Source: Diadema antillarum (taxonomy: Eukaryota). From it: a stretch of 64,000 bases of DNA. The notes beneath the pieces were generated by a model, which had not been told where the DNA came from, ran no database searches, and was given only the letters and a program-made list of their open reading frames with translations. The stretch lies in contig NW_027270937.1 in NCBI RefSeq assembly GCF_040938485.1, positions 248,001 through 312,000 of the forward strand, given 5' to 3'. The translations under genes were made by a program, and so were the position numbers. Of this stretch, positions 49,732 through 60,631 are shown piece by piece; within the stretch, counting starts at the first letter, position 1; the number at the start of each line of letters is the position of its first letter.

Positions 49732-51361
49732 AATGTAAATACATTTTGATATGAAACATACATATATCACAATAGATGCACCACAACAGTATATTCCAAA
49801 AATAGACGTAACTGAGTTTCGAAGAGTACTGAAATATTCGTCACATTATTTTGACAAAGAAATTATTTGTTTGCACGTCTTTGTGAACGGACTAACTGGA
49901 GAATTATGATAATATGACATTATCCCTTCATGATATTTACTTTACAGATGTAATGTCCGATTAGTGAAAATACACGTTTTGATAATGATTGACAGAATAC
50001 GTTGCAATGCACATTTCCCTGAACTGAGCATGACTTGAATTTTTACATGGTACTAATGTGATTAACAAAAGACGTTGCAGTGAAACATGAAAGTTATGGT
50101 CGATCTATACGGGGAAGGGAAATGGTAATGACTTTTTTTTGAAGCATTATATTAGTATTTCAACAGTGGTCGACAGCTGATGTCACTGACAAAATTTTAA
50201 TTCGGAAGGTATTTTCTTTTGTGGGCGTATAATCCAAGTAATCTGAAGAGAAACATTTAAAAAATATCATAGAATATATGGCACATATATAGATATCTTT
50301 TGGCCACGTATACGTGATATTCAATGTATCATGAATCACTACAAGTCAATATGCATTCTGTTGCGTAGCCCCTTCAAGGGAGGGCGTGGTCTCGTCGACG
50401 ATAGGGAGTTTTCGCTACACGACCGGAAAACCGAGAGTACCCGGAACCAAATTAGCTGTGACAGTCCCCGTACTCGGACTCCCGTCCCCATATCTGAGCA
50501 GTTTTGCTTTCCTGTTAGGACGGAGGCGTGGTGACAAGATCGCTGATTGGCTGGCTGGCTCAATCCTGCCCAGCATCAGGACTTAACGATAAATTATTTT
50601 GGCCGAGTACCGGTCTCGTTTTTCCCAGGACGAGACGTTTCCCGGATTTGATCATGCGCAGAAGCAAATTTTGCACACGGTACGCTCAACTACCGGCCGC
50701 GTCGTGCTTGCGAATCAAAGCTCGCTGATTTCTGGAACCTCACATTAGATAGAGCATTGGCGGTCAAGACAATAGCGTCATTCAATCGCATATAAAAATC
50801 AGGTTCTTTTTAATGTGAGTTGAGGACACGACACGATTTTACATTGTTTACTATATGTTACTTCGTTGGACGGATGTCTGTTTTAGAACAAATGTCATGA
50901 TCTTCTAACCAAGATATTAACATTTTTTTAATACTGCAATTCCAAGCTACTGTGGACTTGCCTTGTAAACTAGAAAGAACAGAATGGTAGAGGTGTTAGC
51001 AAAATCAGGCCAAAAGCAAGAAGGTTGTAAAATCTTAAATTTTTACCTTTTGCTTTGATGTTAGGAAGAATCACACACGCGACGGAATGACGCAACGTTG
51101 ACGTCATCTCACAAATTTAACATGAAACGTCCATAAATTCATTTTTTAGACATAAAATCAATAGAAATAAGTTGCAGGCATCACATCAAGTTATAGTAGG
51201 CTTGGAATCACTTTTAGCACTCTTAGGGGGGAAAGGAGTTTTAGTTGGCAAATTCAATATCAAAAGCACGCCTGGATTTTGCCGATGACATAATTTATAT
51301 TTGGTTACAAGTTGCCCGTTGCAGGAAGAAATTAATTGTCGTGCACCTCATCCCCTCATTG

Positions 51362-51409
<48 letters not shown>

Positions 51410-52508
51410 TACATATAGTTTGTAGTTTATATAGTTTTGAATAAAAGGTGCCTAACTCTGGGATGTGTCTGTCGCTGACCTGTTACCAGTTGTCTCCAAT
51501 ATACAGGGAAAAGTATAGCAAGTTATCGATTGGCCGATTCTTCTAACCACCATACCCCTAACACTAACAGCAGCTGCTTGTGACAGGGTGTAGGCAGTGT
51601 AGTCTGTGTTGGTATCGATGTTTGTGTTGAAGATAGAGGAGTTGAGGGGAATAAAACAGAAAGATGGAGAAAGACAAGGCGAAAAGAAACTTAGTATTCA
51701 TTTTCAGCAACTTGTCAATGAGAAGGAGTTTATTATTGGCACTTTAAAGGTCTTACTATTACATTTGTATTAACGATAAAACTTGGAATATTTGAAAATT
51801 TCCACAGTTATATATGGTTATTTATAAAGTACAATTTTGTTATTCAAATTCATGAAATTCTTTCGTCGAGATGTTTTTCATTGCAATTGATTAACAAATT
51901 GCCCTACATCAACGTGAATAAGCACTGAATTGATCAGTGTTTTTGTAGTAGCCATGATTTCACAAAAAAAAAATCATGTCTGGGCGTACATACTCCAGTA
52001 GGATTCGAACCTACTACTCGAGTATGTACGCCCATGATTTTTTTTTATCATGGCTACTACTAACACACTGTATAATTTTGTGAATAAACAAAACAAAAAC
52101 CGAATTGTCAAAACTCTGGAATTTATCCACCAGAATGCAGTCATAGATTGGGTGCATCTTTTCCCCTATTGAATTATGTAAAATTATGTCACATCGGTGT
52201 TGGAAATGCTGCATGGCACACGGCTAATGAATTCCCAGAAGCATGTTATTCATGTTCAATGGCTCCGAGTTTCTTTGATAGATAATTGCAGCTTCGGTTT
52301 GAATCAGACGAATGTGAAAGCGCGTGACGTAGCGAGACTTCAGCGCACTCAAAACCAAGCAGATCGTATTGAGCTATGGGCTAATGAGCAACCAGTCTAG
52401 AGAGCGGATCGCTGCGACAATCAGTTACATTTTTGCCTTCATACAAAAGAACAATATAAAGTGATCTTTGCCATTCAAGTAGTAGATGTGACTCCAATGT
52501 ATATTACA

Positions 52509-54118
52509 CAGGGGCCGCGGAACCGGGGGGGGGGGGCTGCGCCCCCCCCCCCCACACACACATACACATACACTTTTGGTTCGCAAAAAAAAAAGAAGAA
52601 AAAAAGCACCGGCATAGCAAATGGGAGGGGCCGATGGGGCGATCGCCCTGCTTAAGATTCTGAATAATTCTGAGTGCCCAAGACTTATCACTTACATTCC
52701 GATAACTTACATTATTAAATCAATAGTTCCCTCATGTACAAGGGGAATTTCCCCTTTTAATCAACCCTTTCCTCTCTCAGTTCCCCCGATCATTTTTTTT
52801 TTTGTGTGTGTGGATAATTTCCCAAATATTCCATCAAATATGAGTGTACGAGATATCTCAATTTCAACTTTAAAAAGGCAAAACCTCCCTCGTACGGGAA
52901 GGGTGGGGATAGCACTCTCCCACGCTTTCTCCCTGTTTGCCCCCCCCCCATGCATAAAAGTAGACTATAGTTACACTTTGAGTTTTCCAAATATATGCCA
53001 CAATATGTGTGCACCAAAACGTTTAACTGCAATCGGAAAATACAGAATCTCCCTCATGTAGGAGGGAGAATAGGGCTTATCCCCTCCCACATCATCCTGC
53101 TATGTCTCCTCCCACAGACTTGCACTTAACTCTGATTGACAAATTTCCAGATATTCCAACAGAAGTGTGCGCCAGATTGTTGAATTTCAGTTCTGAAAAT
53201 GAAGGAAAAAAAGCTCCCTCGAATATGGGAGGGGTATCTTGCCACCCTACCATTGATTGGTCCCCTCTTTAGACTCTTTAATACACTTTGGGGAATGACA
53301 ATTTCCAAATTTCACACAAAAAGTGTGCTTCAGATCTCTCCCTCGAGCGGAGGAGGAATCCCCCTCCCACCCTCTCCCTCTACCTCATTAGACTTTGTAC
53401 ATACACACACACATAATGCACACGCGGAATGAGAGCTAAATTCCGTGATTTTGCTATTAGCACTTCCCTGAAATAAAAAGCCACAATTATTTCCATTATT
53501 ATCATTTTTTTTTTGGGGGGGGGGGGAGGAGCTAGAAAAAAATTCCAAGTATTGCACCAAAAGTTTGCACCAGATCGCTGAATTTCAGGTCTGAAAATGT
53601 AAAATTCCCTTCGTGTGGGAGGAGAAATATCTCTTATGTACACCCTCGTGTGCATGCCTTTTTCTATTTGATTGCTTAACAGACAACGTTCATGAAATTC
53701 ATTGTAAGAATTAATACAAGAAAGTTTCTTTAAATCCTACTACTTTATAGGCAAAGGCCAATTGTTCAATAATAATCCACATCAAAATATCCTGCTACCT
53801 TAGACAACTGGGGCCGTTTCAAGTCGATAAAACACGCAAAAACATGCATCAAATTGCACCATGTACAACGACAAAATGCAAAAAGTTCTCATCGTGGGAG
53901 GGGGACACGCCCCCTCTCGCTCGCTCCGCTCGCTCGGGCTCGGTCGCTTTGCATAGTAACCACCCCAAGATTATCCTTGCTATACCACGCCGGCTTGACC
54001 ACAGAACTCGAGTTCTGTGGGCTTGACCTTGACACCCCCCCCCCTTCGGTCCCGAAGCTGCCCCCGCACCCCCCCCCCCCCCCCCCCCCCCATACTGAAA
54101 AGCGTTCCGCGGCCCCTG
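52509..54118. mobile_element. 1.6-kb CAGGGG-ended TIR element with 5-bp TSD (hAT5-like)
   Basis: TTACA|CAGGGGCCGCGGAAC...GTTCCGCGGCCCCTG|TTACA (15/15 inverted match); interior has G/C runs and repeated CCAGAT.G.TGAATTTCAG.TCTGAAAATG blocks. Confidence 0.75.
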
Positions 54119-54599
54119 TTACACTCCCGGTAGTGTAAGTTTTGAATACGCTCAGTCATAGTTGTCATGTTATTTTTAAGAAGTGGTTAGTGATGAAAAG
54201 TATGATTAGTAGCTACAGCATGGTCCAACAGAAACAAAAATCAAACTAAAACACAACACATATGAAATAAAAGTGAGCTTTAATGCGCGTTGGCTAAACT
54301 TTTACATTTCATACAGATATATAAACTTCCATTTTTAATCCGCTCAGCTGTTGTGCTTTAAACTCGAAGCATAAAGAACTCAAATCTTTTATGAGTGTTT
54401 CTAAAGATTTTTTTTACCGGTTTCCCAAGGTTCGTTCCTCTCTGTTTTCATAAAATTGACAAGAAAACAAAAACCAAGTACAACATTGCTCTTTTTTCAA
54501 ATTGAAAAATGCGACTGGCTGAGAGCGAGTGAGGAACTTCGTTTCTATCAACTATTTACGTGAGTAGAATCATTTTGTGTCACATAAAGACACTGTACA

Positions 54600-55261
54600 T
54601 AATTAGTATACATGCGTGCGTGAACGCATAGCAGTTATAATGGGGACAATATATTTGAAACTATCCACTTTACTTTGTGATTCATGATATCAGCGTGATA
54701 ACATCTCCCCAGTCCATTATTTTCACACAACTACTCGAGTGACGGAAGACCAGAAGCTCTTCAACAGATTTTAACTTTGAATAAGAGATACGGTACGTTC
54801 TTGTCGGTAAGCTTAAGCTTGAAACCTTTATCTATTTCTCTTTTTTTTTCTTTGGTGCACGTGTGCATGTCAACAAAACTTCAATGAAGTTGACTCATTA
54901 AATGATTCATCGTAAGAACTGAAGTCATCAGTATATTTGCTCCCCAAAGGATTTATAGCACAACGACTGATTCTTCCTAAAAGGAAAAGTATCTTAATTG
55001 TCATTATGAATGGTCAGGAAATACTTTTCGTAGGGTACTGTTCTTCCTAGAGATGGTCCTCATCAAAGTGTTGTAGAAATACTGTGAACTTCTATGCTTA
55101 GTAAGACTTTGTTTAAAATGATGAAAATGATTTGTATTCTAATTGATTTGAATTGATTTTAAAACATGTGAAAACAAAAATGTAATGTGACATTTTGGCA
55201 CGGTTGTGAATCCTGATCATGTCGTTATACGTAATATTGCACCATGATATCATATCCCTAG
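54600..55261 (+). promoter_or_regulatory. Upstream region of GPCR-F, paralogous to 58380-59041 plus 60562-60611 of GPCR-G; candidate non-coding exon and 5'-UTR intron
   Basis: Colinear homology blocks; donor-like ACG|GTACGT at 54793 aligns with AAG|GTAAGA at 58574; acceptors CCCTAG|G (55261) and CCCTCAG|G (60611). Confidence 0.5.
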
Positions 55262-55280
55262 GTTTTTTGAGCCAGTGAAG

Positions 55281-55817
55281 ATGGATAAAGTGGGCTTCGC
55301 TGGAGAGAATGTCTCAAGCAGTAGCTACCTCTACAGGACCACAGTCATTGTGAGTAGCTTCGCGATCAGTATGGTGGTAGTCGGAATCGTCGAAAACCTG
55401 GTGATCTTTCTCGCGTTCGCGATGTCGAGGAAGCTTCAGACGGCGACAAACATCTTCCTCATCAACCTCGGCATCTCCCAAACAGTAATTTGTCTCGTAT
55501 GGATATTCTTTGCTGCCATTAATTTGAACGACAAGAACTGGCTAAACTCTGATGCAACTTGCCAGGTGCTGTACGCACTTTCTCCCATCGTGACGTCCTG
55601 CATGTCGCTTACTATTATGGTGGTTGCTCTCAACCGATACGTGCTCATCACCAAGACGAAAGAGACGTACTCCCGCGTCTTTTCGAGGAGGAATGTCGGA
55701 TGTATCCTTGTCTTCTGCTGGTTTTTCCCCACCGTCACCATGGTTATTCCTCAAGTGTCTGACCACATCGTAAGATGTGTGAGATGTGTTGCCGCTGACC
55801 AGGGGTCCGCTTCATGA
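55281..55817 (+). pseudogene. GPCR-F: 5' half (N-terminus to TM4/ECL2) of a GPCR-G paralogue; TM5-TM7 not present in the visible sequence
   Basis: Aligns with G to nt 55771 (PQVSDHIV), then 28 unrelated nt and a MITE that supplies the TGA at 55815-55817. Confidence 0.8.
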
Positions 55818-55979
55818 AAGTCTTAAGAGAGAATTTCTCTCTCCTACGACACACTTAGGAGAGACTTCGTGAAATGGTTTTGCTTCTCTGTGAAAGTCTC
55901 TCCTAGCTATGAGTGACTTTGACCATTCTATAAAGATTTATGTGATACCTTTTATGTGATAGCTTCATGAAACGGACCC
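55803..55979. mobile_element. Harbinger-type MITE terminating GPCR-F
   Basis: CAG|GGGTCCGCTTCATGAA...TTCATGAAACGGACCC|CTG; resembles the ends of 10318-10486. Confidence 0.7.
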
Positions 55980-56353
55980 CTGTTGTCTCTAAAACAAAGA
56001 CGAAAGTATACCATATTGTCGCCTGCTCGATTCTTTCTGTGCCATGGTTTAAATCTCCTGTGTGCCACATTATTTTGAGACAAAAACGTAATCATGCTTT
56101 GGGGAAATATTATGTTTCTTTTTCTGTGTAATTTTTCTAGATTTTTGTTAACCTGGACATGTTTAAAGTTGTAGAGAAACGCCATGCTTTCTAAATTTTA
56201 CCGCAAATTCATGATCGTTTAATTTCAACTAACCAGTAGCTACATTGTTGTAAAGGTATGACCTTTGTACATAAAACAGTGACACAAACTTTGAACTTAT
56301 TCGTAAATCCAGTGGGGAACACCGCTTGATAGTCAATCACTGTGTTCTCATCA

Positions 56354-56495
56354 NNNNNNNNNNNNNNNNNNNNNNNNNNNNNNNNNNNNNNNNNNNNNNN
56401 NNNNNNNNNNNNNNNNNNNNNNNNNNNNNNNNNNNNNNNNNNNNNNNNNNNNNNNNNNNNNNNNNNNNNNNNNNNNNNNNNNNNNNNNNNNNNNN
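56354..56495. other. Assembly gap (142 N)
   Basis: Run of N. Confidence 0.99.
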
Positions 56496-57896
56496 CTATA
56501 GAGCAACAATCCATCAAAAAGAGAAAGGCAGTGTAATCTGTATGGGTATTGAGGTTTCTGTTTGCGTAGGTTTAAGGGGAAGGAAACTGGTAAAGAAACA
56601 CAAGGAGGTAAAAATAAGAACGCTAGATTTCGACTGCAGCAGCCTGGGAGTTTGCGTAGATATTGCACGAAAGAATTTCAGTATTGATATACACACTTGT
56701 ACGGTACTACATTTACCATTAATATTGACATTTGCTACTTTCGTTATCAGGGCTGAAATTTCCCATGCAGAGTTATATATCTCATACAATTTTGTGAAAA
56801 AAAACCAAACAAACCCAGGAGTCAAAAGATTGGAATTCATCGAGCAGGATTCTGCCATTAAATGTGTGCGGCTTTTCCCTATAGCATGATGTAAAAATAT
56901 ATATATATGTAAAGGCCTCAAGAAAATAGACCCCCTTAAATTTTTTGGAAGTCTCTAGATATATGCATTGGTATAAATAGGGAAATTTACCTTCACAAGT
57001 TTATTTCATCCACCCCTGAAATCAGAGTGGAGTTTACCCAGTCTCTTCAAATTCTAAGAAAAATGCCTTCTTCACGATGGATGTGGTTTTGAGCTCCACA
57101 CTTTCATCCCTGCATCCATTATGACTAGACGTGGCATTTTTCCCTTCCTTCAGGTAAGAAATCTTACTTCTACCTCCATTCAGTTATCCTAAATCATTCT
57201 TTCTGACTGGTAAATTTGGTGAATTCTATGATGTTTAGTATTTTGTAGTTGAACTACATGGTTCCTCCTTCAGTAAAAGAGGAATTAAGACCAAAGATGA
57301 TGTTCTCAGTGAAGTTATTGAATAATTACTTATTATTGTTTAATGCCAGGTATGATTGCTTGATTGCTTGTTTGCTTGTTTATTATGTGCTAGTGACCAT
57401 AATGAGTATTAGTGCTTGTGTCATCATTAATTTCTGTAGTGATTTAACAGTATTCATTATGAAAGATGTAAAATTGCTACTTAAGCTGATTTAGTTTCGG
57501 ATTAAGTTCCGCTAGTGTGAGTGTGAACACGCCATATGCTGTGATATCCAGTGTAGAAGGACGAGTAGAGCAGTCAGTGTGAACACTCTCCTAAGGGGAA
57601 CGCCGTACCAGAGTTCGTTGACCTCTATAGGCTGTCTTGGGAATGATCACAGAGTAGCTGTTGTTCAATTCATTTCTGAATGGAAAGCCCAAATGCTTTA
57701 ACGAGTGTGATAATTGTAAAGACATAGATACTTGGTATGATGCTCATGAAATAGTAATGTAGCATTGTGCAGAATGGAAACAGTGACGGATGATGATTAG
57801 TGTACATTTGTAGATGCATGTAGAATAGAGATAGAGACGGAGGGTCGGTGTGAACACAATTGGGGTGACTCACGCCAACCTCCGCACCTTTTCGGC

Positions 57897-58214
57897 NNNN
57901 NNNNNNNNNNNNNNNNNNNNNNNNNNNNNNNNNNNNNNNNNNNNNNNNNNNNNNNNNNNNNNNNNNNNNNNNNNNNNNNNNNNNNNNNNNNNNNNNNNNN
58001 NNNNNNNNNNNNNNNNNNNNNNNNNNNNNNNNNNNNNNNNNNNNNNNNNNNNNNNNNNNNNNNNNNNNNNNNNNNNNNNNNNNNNNNNNNNNNNNNNNNN
58101 NNNNNNNNNNNNNNNNNNNNNNNNNNNNNNNNNNNNNNNNNNNNNNNNNNNNNNNNNNNNNNNNNNNNNNNNNNNNNNNNNNNNNNNNNNNNNNNNNNNN
58201 NNNNNNNNNNNNNN
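57897..58214. other. Assembly gap (318 N)
   Basis: Run of N. Confidence 0.99.
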
Positions 58215-59041
58215 TAATGCGGCAAGACTTAAAAACTGCTGGAAGCATGTTATTCATGTCTCGTGGCTCTGAGTGGCTGGACAACTGCAAAAATGAGGTT
58301 TGAAGTGAAAGTGTTTTGGACTTCCGCTCTCTATAAGTAGGCCTGTTCAACTGGATAGAATACAGCTATAATTATTATGTTTTCCGTGTCAGAAAGGCAC
58401 ATACGAGACGTACACGCTTGCGTGCGTTCAAAACTCTCTACTTTGCGATTCATAATATCGGTGTGATATTTGGGCGTGGTAACACCTCTCCAGTCTATCA
58501 TTTATACACAAGCACTCAAGTGACAGAAGAACAGACGTTCTTCAACGGATTTGAACCTTGAATACGAAATAAGGTAAGATGCTTTTGGTACGCACAACAC
58601 TATAAACTCTATTGTTTCAATGGTTTTGTTTTGTTTTTCCTGTGCACACCTGATGAATTGAACATGACACATTAAAATAATTTTTATCTTTATGTTTATA
58701 TATTGATGTATATTGACCCCATGAATCATTCAATCCCCTAAAAATGGGCAGACCGAATAATTACTTCCACTCCTAGGAATGTCAACACCCCCTCCCCCCC
58801 CCCCCCCCCCCAAAAAAAGATTTTTTGTATTTGTCATTATTTTCTATTTCGAAATGTCAGGAATTATTTTTCGTAGTTTGCTACTCTGTGGTCCACCTCA
58901 AAGTGGGGTATCGACGTACTGTGAACTTTTATGCTTAGTAGTTATAACATTTCGTGAAATTACGAAAATGGATGATCGGCAGGACCTGCTATGCTGCAAA
59001 CGAAGTAAATTTAATGTGACATTTTGGCACGGTTGTGAATC

Positions 59042-60492
59042 GTTTCATTTCATTTCATTTATTAAGTTTCCACACAATTTATAGAGTGTTGTGTTTTCAA
59101 CATCCTTCTATGACAATGTAAAGTAACACATACATCATGAGTTTTAAGTTCAGCATAAACAAATATCATTTACATGGCACAAAATCAATAGAAATCATTC
59201 TCAAGAACATATTCATGACGGATAAATAAAGTTGTGCATGTGTGGTGAGATCTTACATAGAAGCAGATGCTTCGGTGAGAGTAGGTTCCCCGAAAGAAAG
59301 TCAAACACGGGCTGTTACACTCACACTCACACTCTGCACGCACGCAAGTGCGTGCAGAGTGTGTAAAATTGTAAATGTAAGTGTGTTAAGAATCTAAAGA
59401 ATTGCAAACTTTGGGGACATTGTTAATAAAAGCATTTTGCAGTATTCGTAATGTAGTTTTCGGTATATGGAACATATCACTTTGTCGTGTTGGTTATCTA
59501 ATTACGTATTGCTTTTTTTTTCTTCAATGAAAACTCCAAAACTTTAGGCAAAACACAATTACAAGAGTATTCAAATAATACATCAAAATTCCTAAATTCA
59601 TTGAATACAAATCATTTTTTAAAAACTTTACTAAGAAAAATGAATCAGTATATACATTCAAATTACATCCATAAATACATCGTAATACTCTTTTTTGAGT
59701 AACCAATAACTTATCAATATTCATCTTAGCTGATTTTCCCAACGCTGATATTCCGTAATTTCAATATGGCAAAATCATGGGTGAATACAACATCAAAAGT
59801 ATTTTAGTTAGAAAAATGCTTTAATTTATAAATAACCCCTGCATTTCTTGAAATCAGTTTATTCAAATAAACAAGATGAGTGTTGCAATTCAAATGATTG
59901 TCCATAAAAAGCCCCAAGAATTTTGTTGAATGTACACGACGTATAAGTGTTTGATTAAAGGAGACCTCCGGATGATTTTCAGATTTTTACATTTGAACAA
60001 CAATAATTTAGTTATTCTGAGGACAGAGTTTCAGAATTTATGATAATTTGGATGAAGAATAAGAATATTTTCAAAATTTAGAACAAATTGCAATGAACAA
60101 GGATGATGACATTGGAAGAGTCATCATAAGAATGCAAGAGTTGGGGCTCAAGGAAGCAGAACAGAAGAAGAAGGCATGCATAGATTATACACAGGTGAAC
60201 TCGCAAGCAAGCGGTATTGTAATGGAATCACAATACATAGATTCATTTCTGAAATATGTGAGCCTCCTATGTCATCATCCTTGCTCAGTGAAATTTGTTT
60301 AAGGTTTTTCAAAGTATTGTTCCTCTGCTCGAGAACCACAATAGATTCCACAAATATATACATGGAGTTGTTGATTTATGTACAACGTAATGTGAAATTA
60401 TGAAAATCGTCTGGAATGCCCCTTTAAAAAACAATTTGTCCAGAAAAAAGTCTGAAGAATTACTGAATAACATGTAATGAGGTGTTTTTTTT
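59042..60492 (-). mobile_element. 5'-truncated CR1/L2 LINE inserted antisense upstream of GPCR-G (in its candidate 5'-UTR intron)
   Basis: Minus-strand translation gives KTPHYMLFS, RVHSTKFLGLFMDNHL, ISRNAGVIYKLKHF, LLVTQKRVLRCI and TRQSDMFHIPK; AATAAA(TGAAA)n 3' tail at 59042-59066; F/G homology breaks exactly at 59041. Confidence 0.8.
59955..60427. mobile_element. Kolobok-type MITE family 2, copy 2, nested in the LINE
   Basis: TTAA|AGGAGACCTCCGGATGATTTTCA...TGAAAATCGTCTGGAATGCCCCT|TTAA. Confidence 0.8.
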
Positions 60493-60501
60493 ATATCTAT
60501 A

Positions 60502-60544
<43 letters not shown>

Positions 60545-60631
60545 CATATTTCTTTATATATCTTGATTATGTCGTGACACCTAATAATGCATCACACTGT
60601 GATACCCTCAGGTTTCCTCGAGTTGGTGAAG

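Noticed and set aside
49002-50255. ~35-bp direct repeat TTGTGGGCGTATAATCCAAGTA...ATCTGAAGA at ~49002 and ~50219
   Set aside because: One copy abuts an assembly gap, so it cannot be distinguished from local misassembly; no LTR or TSD structure is supported.
50370-50730. GC-rich segment with CCAAT and GC boxes as a promoter of an unseen gene
   Set aside because: No linked exon or ORF support; it could equally be a repeat interior.
48934-58350. ORFs containing X runs
   Set aside because: Artefacts of translating through N gaps.
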